The notes beneath the pieces were generated by a model that was not told the origin of the DNA, did not search any database, and saw only the letters and a list, made by a program, of their open reading frames with translations. The translations under genes were made by a program, and so were the position numbers. 64,000 nucleotides of DNA from Bacilli bacterium (GTDB lineage Bacteria; Bacillota; Bacilli; Tumebacillales; Tumebacillaceae). The stretch's first letter is position 1; each line of letters begins with the position of its first letter. Of the stretch, positions 57,255-64,000 are shown piece by piece. The DNA is taken from assembly GCA_035776695.1 (NCBI GenBank), contig DASTWJ010000190.1:9724-73723 (forward strand), written 5' to 3'.

Positions 57255-58976
57255 GTGAAGGGTATTTATATTGGCAATAACCGCGTTTTGGTGAATACGG
57301 TCTGGGGCGGCTTGCTCATCGTTCCGTCTGATGATCTGAGCATTTCTCCCATGCTCATCAACACTGGTGTTTTCGAGACCCCGCTGACCAACTTTATGAT
57401 TAAGAATGTCAAAAAAGATGATAAAGTCTTTGACATTGGTGCGAACATGGGCTACTTCAGCATCCTATTAGCCATGCTAGTCGGGGAGTCAGGCAGCGTT
57501 GTCTCGTTCGAAGCCAATCCGACCATGTTCCATTTCCTCAAAGACAACATCTCGACGAACTATCTCAAGCTGCAATCGAAAGCGATCAACAAAGCTGTCT
57601 ACTCCGCACATGACAATCTCACTTTCTACGTGACCGAACGCTTCCCAGCTAACGCGTCGCTTTACCAACGCGGCGAAGACTACCTGGAGCACTATGTTGA
57701 CAACATCAATGAAATCAAAGTCGAAACGGTCACGATCGACAGTTTCATCGACACCTATGACAATATCGACATGATCAAGATGGACATAGAAGGCGGCGAA
57801 TACCATGCGTTCCTTGGCATGGAAGGAATGCTGAAGGCCGGTAAGGTCAACACCGTCGTATTCGAATGGAATCAGGATATGCTGCGCGAAAACACGATTC
57901 TGCTTTTCGAATTCCTAAAGGACCTGCGCGATACCTGCGGCATGACTTTCTATATTTTGGACAATCAGGGAGATACAGTTCCGGTCCCCTTGGAGATGCT
58001 GTTGGACCATACGTTTATTCCTTCCGTGGTGATCCGGAAACCTTCGTCTCCCCCCTTTCAAATTAATAATGAATCGGAGTGTAAAAAGCAAGAGCAAGAG
58101 GAGAAAAGAACAGTAAGTGAAACCAACGCTACTCCCTGCCCCATTTGCGGTTCAATTGAGATCACTACGTTCCAAAGCTATGAGCGATTCACGTTGTTGA
58201 GCTGCGGAGTATGCGACCTGGTGTTCCAGAATCAACTGAATCAAGTGCAAGTTCACCAGCTGGTGGAAGAGATCTACGATGCCAATTGGGTTGCCATGCG
58301 GGAGCGCTTCGTACAAAATACATTTCTGGAGCATGCTCAATTCAACAGTATGTTGTTGAACATGTTCAGTAACCAAAAAGGGGATCTGCTAGAGATCGGA
58401 TCCGGCACGGGAGAATTCCTGTTCATGGCTCGTGCTAGCGGATGGAACGTAGCGGGAATAGAAGGTTCTTCGACCTCCTGCACCTATGCGCTGGACAAGT
58501 ACAACCTAGACATCAACAACGAACTGTGGGACATCAGTTTGGTTCCGGATGACATTCGGTTTGACGCCGTGGCGTTCTGGCATGTGCTGGAGCATATCCC
58601 GAACCCCAAACAGTTTCTAAAGGAAGTCGGATCGGTGCTCAAGCCGAACGGTATCATCTTATTCAGTATTCCAAACATGAACTCATTCACCAACGCCATC
58701 CACGGCCCATACTCGCCCCTGTTTACAGAGGTAGACCATCTTTTCCACTATTCCGAAGGCAACTTGCGCCTGTTGCTGGAAAAAGCCGGCTTGGAAATAA
58801 TCACTCTCTTCTCTCGAGAAGAGCAGAACCGTCTGGTCAACGACATCGAAGCGAGCCAGCAGCACTCGACAGAGTTTGCCAACCTCTCGTTCGAACAGAT
58901 GATGGCGACGATGGCGAATCTTCAAGGCAATTTCGAAGGACACGAACTCTTCTGCGTAGCACGGCCGAAACTTTAA
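57255..58976 (+). CDS. Two-domain methyltransferase: FkbM-family plus Zn-ribbon/class I SAM domain
   Basis: FDIGANMGYF, SFEANP, IKMDIEGGE; CPICGS..CGVC; LLEIGSGTG, GIE.S, WHVLEHIPNP; GTG 57255 preferred. Confidence 0.88.
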   Translation: MKGIYIGNNRVLVNTVWGGLLIVPSDDLSISPMLINTGVFETPLTNFMIKNVKKDDKVFDIGANMGYFSILLAMLVGESGSVVSFEANPTMFHFLKDNISTNYLKLQSKAINKAVYSAHDNLTFYVTERFPANASLYQRGEDYLEHYVDNINEIKVETVTIDSFIDTYDNIDMIKMDIEGGEYHAFLGMEGMLKAGKVNTVVFEWNQDMLRENTILLFEFLKDLRDTCGMTFYILDNQGDTVPVPLEMLLDHTFIPSVVIRKPSSPPFQINNESECKKQEQEEKRTVSETNATPCPICGSIEITTFQSYERFTLLSCGVCDLVFQNQLNQVQVHQLVEEIYDANWVAMRERFVQNTFLEHAQFNSMLLNMFSNQKGDLLEIGSGTGEFLFMARASGWNVAGIEGSSTSCTYALDKYNLDINNELWDISLVPDDIRFDAVAFWHVLEHIPNPKQFLKEVGSVLKPNGIILFSIPNMNSFTNAIHGPYSPLFTEVDHLFHYSEGNLRLLLEKAGLEIITLFSREEQNRLVNDIEASQQHSTEFANLSFEQMMATMANLQGNFEGHELFCVARPKL

Positions 58977-59012
58977 AAAAAAGACCGCATCCCCATCACG
59001 GTATGCGGTCTT
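58976..59012. terminator. Terminator after the methyltransferase
   Basis: AAGACCGCAT/ATGCGGTCTT. Confidence 0.65.
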
Positions 59013-59079
59013 ACCATCTGGTAATTGACAGAGCTCACCCCTGATTTTTACAGGAGCGCATTCATGCTACGGAGAAAAC

Positions 59080-59130
59080 AAAAAAACCGTGATATGACCA
59101 TTCGCCCTCGTGCGATGGTATATCACGGTT
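59080..59130 (-). terminator. Long hairpin terminator downstream of the tRNA
   Basis: AACCGTGATAT-ACCAT..ATGGT-CATATCACGGTT plus T7 on minus strand. Confidence 0.65.
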
Positions 59131-59139
59131 ATTTCGTAT

Positions 59140-59216
59140 TGGTCGGAATAGCGGGATTCGAACCCACGACCTCACCCACCCCAAGGGTGCGCGCTACCGG
59201 GCTGCGCTATATTCCG
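59140..59216 (-). tRNA. tRNA-Pro (anticodon GGG), CCA encoded
   Basis: CGGAATA acceptor stem, CACCC-TTGGGGT-GGGTG anticodon arm, GTTCGAATC T-loop, 3' ACCA; 77 nt. Confidence 0.97.
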
Positions 59217-59278
59217 ATGCTCTATGCGGTTGTGTTGCCTCACGATCGGCTCCATCAATCACCGTGTCAGCAAGAATG

Positions 59279-59307
59279 ATTATAACCAAACGCCGAGGCA
59301 ATTGCAA
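59279..59307 (-). promoter_or_regulatory. sigma-A promoter of tRNA-Pro
   Basis: TTGCAA-N17-TATAAT. Confidence 0.8.
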
Positions 59308-59380
59308 CCCCCGATTTTGACAAAATGGAGGGAATGGACGAATCGCCCGTTCCCTCTTCGTGTATGCAGGTTGTTGCGCT

Positions 59381-59899
59381 TTATTTCACCTTGTTGACCA
59401 GAGTGCCTACACCCTCAATCGTGATCTCACAGGTATCCCCCACCTTCAACGGGCCGACGCCTTCGGGAGTGCCGGTGGTAAGGATGTCGCCGGGTTCGAG
59501 CGTCATCACTTGGGAGACAAACGACACCAAGTGATCGACGGAGAAGATCATGTCACTTGTGCGGCTAGACTGCTTCACCTCGCCGTTGATCTTCGTCTCG
59601 ATATGCAAGTCTTGATACTCCAACCCCGTCGCCACACACGGCCCTACAGGAGCGAATGTGTTGAACCCCTTAGCACGCCCCCATTGCCCGTCTTTGACCT
59701 GATAAAAGCGCTCGGAGACATCATTCATCACGGTCACGCCGAAAATGGCGTCACGAGCCTCCTCGGGGCTGATTTGGTAGCACCGCTTGCCGATCACCAC
59801 CGCCAGCTCGCCTTCGAACTCGACGTCTTGGGCGATCGAGGGCAGCACGATCTCGTCACCGGTGCCGATCACGGCGGATGGCGGCTTGAGGAACAGCAT
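59381..59899 (-). pseudogene. Fumarylacetoacetate hydrolase family protein, N-terminally truncated
   Basis: FLKPPS, EFEGELAVVIG, NDVSER, AKGFNTF, PGDILTTGTP; in-frame TGA six codons upstream and no GxNY..H motif. Confidence 0.6.
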
Positions 59900-59992
59900 C
59901 GGCTCCTCGTTGCTTCATCTGCTACGTGTCTCTTGTCAAATCAAAGCGCATCGCGCGTTTTTTCTCATTCCCTTGGAAATAGGATCTCGCCA

Positions 59993-61366
59993 TCACTCGC
60001 CCAAGAAGAAATCCACCACCGAACTGACTCCCTCGATCATCATGTCGAAGAAATCAACGATCCGCTCCAACCACGACAGATCCACTTTGATATCCATGTG
60101 ATACAGCCAGTCAAGCCCCATCGAGTCCCCCTCAGGCTCGGGAGTGTGGGCGACAGGAATCACTTTGCTGTCCGACACGGTGACTTCCGACGGGTCGGCC
60201 ATGTCGACGGTCAACTCATGCGAATCGCTGACCCAGCCGTTCTTGTCAAACGCATACAGCTTAAAATGCCGCTTCCCCTCTTCCCCACCCGGCTCCTCGA
60301 AGGTGTACAAAAAGGCGCCCTTGCGCACCAGCACGGAGCCGTAGCTGACTTCGTGCTTCTCCCCCGGCTTGCGGGTGACGATCGGCTCGCCGAGTTGCTC
60401 GTCGTCTTTGTAGGTGACGAGGGTGTAGGAGTAGGCATCATCCGTCCTCCCGGCGATGTCCCAGGAAAAGTGCAACTGGTACCCAGCCCCTGCCACATCG
60501 GAGTAGGACTCCAGTTTGAGGTTGGGCTTGGCGGGCGGGTGGTAATTGCCGGACTTGCCTTTCATTTTGCTGTAAAAGAAGTCGTACAGGCCGGGGACTT
60601 CGCTCGCCATCGGCAGCAGGTGGTTCTCCTGCGGCTGCACGTTGTACATCGAGCCGTTCCACGACACCGGACCCGGTTCGACGCCCGCCATCGCCTGCTC
60701 GATCCGCGAAGGGAACGCCGTCTGCGCCTTCGACAGCGGCGACCCGAATAGCTGTACGTAATCCTCCGCCGCAATCTCGGCGATCATCCAGCGGTGGTCA
60801 CAACCGCTCACGCAGACGCGGTTGTCTTCCGCCAAGCCTCGCATCGCCGCATAGGTCGTCTTCCGCCAGCGGTTTTCATCGACCAACGAGTAGCCGTCCG
60901 TTTGCAGGGTGTAGTAATGGGTCACATGATGCCCGTACTCATGCGCCAACGTATGGGCAAACGACCCGACGGTGTTGTGCTCCTTCCCCCCGTACAGCTC
61001 GATCTTGCCCGGCTGCATCTGCGGCTTGGAGGGGAAGAAGACGGTCAGGGTCTGGAAGAAATACTGCCCCGCGACCGTTTTTCCATGCGGGTAGTCGTCG
61101 TAGATCACAACCTCGCCGAGCAGGTCGATCTCCTTGCCGTGGACGTTCTGCAAAAGTTCGTTGTACAAGGCTTTCAGTTTGTCTTCCTCCGCCCAAGCCG
61201 GCGAGTAGGAGGTGATCAGCAGCCCGTCGGGAGCTTTGTAGGTCGCCGTGACGTTTGGTGCGGCCTCGACCTGCGGGATCAGTTGTCTCGGTGCGACAGA
61301 TGGGATCAGGCAGAGGAGCATGACGAACAGCACCAACCAGCTCCCGAACGTTTTGCGTTGCCTCAC
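59993..61366 (-). CDS. Secreted zincin-like (HExxH) protein of unknown function
   Basis: Signal/anchor, AHTLAHEYGHH, later EIAAEDY; FN3-like C-terminal region; GTG 61366 with GGAGG RBS. Confidence 0.75.
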   Translation of the reverse strand: MRQRKTFGSWLVLFVMLLCLIPSVAPRQLIPQVEAAPNVTATYKAPDGLLITSYSPAWAEEDKLKALYNELLQNVHGKEIDLLGEVVIYDDYPHGKTVAGQYFFQTLTVFFPSKPQMQPGKIELYGGKEHNTVGSFAHTLAHEYGHHVTHYYTLQTDGYSLVDENRWRKTTYAAMRGLAEDNRVCVSGCDHRWMIAEIAAEDYVQLFGSPLSKAQTAFPSRIEQAMAGVEPGPVSWNGSMYNVQPQENHLLPMASEVPGLYDFFYSKMKGKSGNYHPPAKPNLKLESYSDVAGAGYQLHFSWDIAGRTDDAYSYTLVTYKDDEQLGEPIVTRKPGEKHEVSYGSVLVRKGAFLYTFEEPGGEEGKRHFKLYAFDKNGWVSDSHELTVDMADPSEVTVSDSKVIPVAHTPEPEGDSMGLDWLYHMDIKVDLSWLERIVDFFDMMIEGVSSVVDFFLGE

Positions 61367-61467
61367 TGTACCTACCTCCTCTGTTTTCCGGCTCAGGTCG
61401 TACAAGCTTTCGAGGGACAAAAAAGGGGCCGGTTTCAAGAAACACGGCCACCTCCAAGTGCGATCTC

Positions 61468-62340
61468 TTATGACTTGCTCCGCATGTAGTCGAGGATCTC
61501 TTCGTCGATCTGGTCGTCCGTCCGCCAGCGGGTGTCGAAGTTCTCAACGGCGCAGTAGTTTTCCAGCGCTTTTTTGACCAACTCGTCATACGTGCCATGC
61601 TCTGTGCTGTGCAGGAAGCCCAAGCGATGCAGGTGCCCGATCAACTCGGTCAGCACGTCGCCTTCGATCTTGCGCAGTTTGCTAGGATCAGTTTCGCCCA
61701 GATAGAGGCGATGCAAACCCAGCAGACGCTTCAGTTCTTGCACAGGGGTCGCATGGTCGTCGACACGCAGGTCTACGTACTTGTCGATCAAGCCGTCATA
61801 GGAGCCCTTTTCCTTCACCACGTACAGCGCAGCCCCTTGCCGACCGCGGCGGTCGCCGCCCGCTTCGTCGCCTGCGACCAAAGCCGCCAGCAAGCGGTCG
61901 GCCAAGTCGCCACGGGCGTACTGGAAGGAGATCGCCATCGCGTCGATCACTTCCGGCCCGGCGAGCAGGTTGCCTTGGCAGGTGAAGCCTTCGCCTACGT
62001 GATGACCTTCAAAGGTGTGGCACTTCTTGCCGGTAAACGCAGCCGCGTTGCCGTGGCGGTCGACGAGGCCGACCTGCCGCCATTCTTTGTTCTCGTCATT
62101 CTCCAACAGGGCGTCGAGCACTTCCTGTGCCGTCTTCCCCTCCTCCAACATCTTCAGAGCGTCCGGTCCGAAACCGGTGTTCGCCCACGATTGGGTCGCG
62201 ATCGCGCCGACGTTCGCTTTCGCCCACGGGACGATCGAGCCGACGGCTAAAAATTTCGAAGCGACCGCCACGCCGATCTCCCCCGTCTTGGGGTCGCACG
62301 CGACGATCGAAAAGGTATGGATCAAGCGGTTCGTATTCAA
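61468..62340 (-). CDS. DUF1028 (Ntn-hydrolase-like) protein with C-terminal PG-binding-like domain
   Basis: TFSIVA.D..TGE.GVAVASK.LAVG, GGDRRG.QGAAL, DLRVDDH..PV.EL. Confidence 0.88.
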   Translation of the reverse strand: MNTNRLIHTFSIVACDPKTGEIGVAVASKFLAVGSIVPWAKANVGAIATQSWANTGFGPDALKMLEEGKTAQEVLDALLENDENKEWRQVGLVDRHGNAAAFTGKKCHTFEGHHVGEGFTCQGNLLAGPEVIDAMAISFQYARGDLADRLLAALVAGDEAGGDRRGRQGAALYVVKEKGSYDGLIDKYVDLRVDDHATPVQELKRLLGLHRLYLGETDPSKLRKIEGDVLTELIGHLHRLGFLHSTEHGTYDELVKKALENYCAVENFDTRWRTDDQIDEEILDYMRSKS

Positions 62341-62394
62341 CTCTATGCTCCTCTCGGTGCCAACATGCGTTCTCGTCTGTCTCTACTTCTCAGT

Positions 62395-64000
62395 TTACTG
62401 CTTCTTGCGCCCGTTTTCCAGTTGGCGCAGTTCGATCCGGCGGATTTTGCCGGAGGTGGTTTTCGGCAGGCTTTCCATAAATTCGATCTCACGCGGGTAC
62501 TTGTACGGGGCGGTCAGTTTTTTCACGAAGTCTTGCAGGTCTTTGGTTTTCGCCTCGCGTGCCGCGTCCTCTTGGATCGTCTCCGGTCGCTTCAACACGA
62601 CGAACGCTTTGACGATATGCCCGCGATCCTGGTCGGGCGAAGCGACGGCTGCACACTCGGCGACATCCGGGTGTTGCACGAGCGCATCTTCGACTTCAAA
62701 CGGCCCGATGGTGTAGCCGGAGGAGATGATGATGTCGTCCGCACGCCCTTCAAACCAGATGTAGCCCTCTTCGTCCATCCGCCCTTGGTCCCCCGTGATG
62801 TACCAGTTGCCGCGGAACGCTTTGGCGGTGCGCTCGGCGTCGTTGAGGTAGCCTTTGAACAGGATCGCCGCGTCGCGAGAGACGGCGATGTCGCCGACGA
62901 CGCCGGTCGGGACTTCCTCTCCGTCTTCGTTGATGATCGCCACTTGCACACCCGGCGACGGGCGGCCCATCGAGCCGGGGCGCACGTCCATGCCGACAAA
63001 GTTGCCGACGAGCAGCGAGTTCTCCGTCTGGCCATAGCCGTCGCGCACGGTGATGCCGAAGTACTGCTCGATCTTGTCGATCACTTCGCGGTTCAGCGGT
63101 TCACCGGCGGAGCAGGCGCTGCGCAAGGCTTTCAGCTTGAAGCGTTCGAGGTTGTCGACTTTCGCGATCATCCGGTATTCGGTCGGGGTCGCACAGAGGA
63201 CGGATACCGGATGTTTTTCCATCAGCTTGAGGTACGATTCGGCGTTAAATCGACCCGTGTAGACGAACGCCGTCGCCCCTTTGCCGAGGATCGCGACGAA
63301 CGGCGACCAGATCCATTTCGCCCAGCCGGGGCCGGCCGTCGCCCACGCCATGTCGTCTTCCTGTACGTCAAACCAGTAGGTCGCCGCGATGCGTTGGTGC
63401 GCATAGGGCCAGCCTTGGTTGTGAATGACGCCCTTGGGGTTGCCGGTGGTGCCGGAGGTATAGGAGAGGAACAGCATGTCCTCAGAGCGCGTGTCAGCGC
63501 TTTCAAATTCGGTCGATTGGCCATCCATCAACTGCTCATAGGAGGTCCAACCCTCTTTGTGCTCCCCGAGGATGATAAACATCTCCAACGACGGGGTCTT
63601 GGCGCGCACTTCATCGACCTGCTCGGTGATCGCACCGTACGCGACGACCGCTTTCGCTCCGGCGTGGTTGGCGCGGTATTCGATGTCTTTCGCCCGCAGC
63701 ATCTCCGAGCCCGGCATGACGATGATGCCCGCTTTGATCAGGCCGAGGTAGATGATGTAGGATTCGAGCGAGCGCGGTACGAGCACGATCACTTTGTCGC
63801 CGCGGGTGATGCCTTGTGCCTTGAGCACGTTCGCCCACTGGCTGGAACGTTCACGCAGTTGCCCATAGGTGAGGGTGTGCGTCTCGCCCGCCTCCGTTTC
63901 CAGCACGACGGCCGGCTTGTCGGGGTGAGCGGCTGCATAGGCGTCCACTTGCGCACCGAAGTTGTAGTGTTCCGGGATGTCGAGCGTAAAATTGGCGATG
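62395..64000 (-). CDS. Acyl-CoA synthetase (AMP-binding); the start lies just outside the window
   Basis: YTSGTTGNPKG, AGEPLN, GYGQTE, TGD, GRADD, SGYTIGPFEVE, PKTTSGKI; frame open to the window edge. Confidence 0.93.
   Translation of the reverse strand, partial: IANFTLDIPEHYNFGAQVDAYAAAHPDKPAVVLETEAGETHTLTYGQLRERSSQWANVLKAQGITRGDKVIVLVPRSLESYIIYLGLIKAGIIVMPGSEMLRAKDIEYRANHAGAKAVVAYGAITEQVDEVRAKTPSLEMFIILGEHKEGWTSYEQLMDGQSTEFESADTRSEDMLFLSYTSGTTGNPKGVIHNQGWPYAHQRIAATYWFDVQEDDMAWATAGPGWAKWIWSPFVAILGKGATAFVYTGRFNAESYLKLMEKHPVSVLCATPTEYRMIAKVDNLERFKLKALRSACSAGEPLNREVIDKIEQYFGITVRDGYGQTENSLLVGNFVGMDVRPGSMGRPSPGVQVAIINEDGEEVPTGVVGDIAVSRDAAILFKGYLNDAERTAKAFRGNWYITGDQGRMDEEGYIWFEGRADDIIISSGYTIGPFEVEDALVQHPDVAECAAVASPDQDRGHIVKAFVVLKRPETIQEDAAREAKTKDLQDFVKKLTAPYKYPREIEFMESLPKTTSGKIRRIELRQLENGRKKQ

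Noticed and set aside
1-64000. CRISPR arrays, IS elements, prophage genes, rRNA
   Set aside because: No regularly spaced repeats, transposase/integrase/phage motifs or rRNA-like sequence observed

Overview
Core chromosomal segment of a high-GC, aerobic, probably spore-forming Bacillota genome. Gene order plus futalosine genes suggest Alicyclobacillaceae/Tumebacillus-like; this is an inference. Most genes are on the minus strand. In order: truncated serine hydrolase, folA, thyA; a secreted PPC-domain LCAT-like lipase; a beta-propeller lipoprotein split by an (AC)6 frameshift; the aroC-aroB-aroH-trpDCFBA-tyrA-aroA supraoperon lacking trpE and hisC, with a TRAP-type attenuator (mtrB is in the window); three tandem M42 peptidases, one apparently catalytically dead; ccdC, an MFS gene and an RluA gene; a Gram-positive Pel operon (pelD-E-A(DA)-F-G) preceded by a terminator-like hairpin; a 1521-aa pseudokinase/degenerate-NTPase/TPR/GAF/GGDEF cyclase; cccA, cheR, patatin, ndk; a hepS-menG-ubiX-mqnE-mqnA-mqnC-hepT menaquinone operon; mtrB, PilZ, an atypical SDR, an M4/M36 protease; a cdaR-glycerate kinase-GntP module with a cre site and candidate operators; an AT-richer islet with a double methyltransferase next to tRNA-Pro(GGG); a truncated FAH gene, a secreted HExxH protein, DUF1028 and a partial acyl-CoA synthetase. 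No CRISPR array, integrase or transposase was seen. Starts were moved to the codon best matching an RBS. All family assignments come from motif recognition by eye, not database searches.
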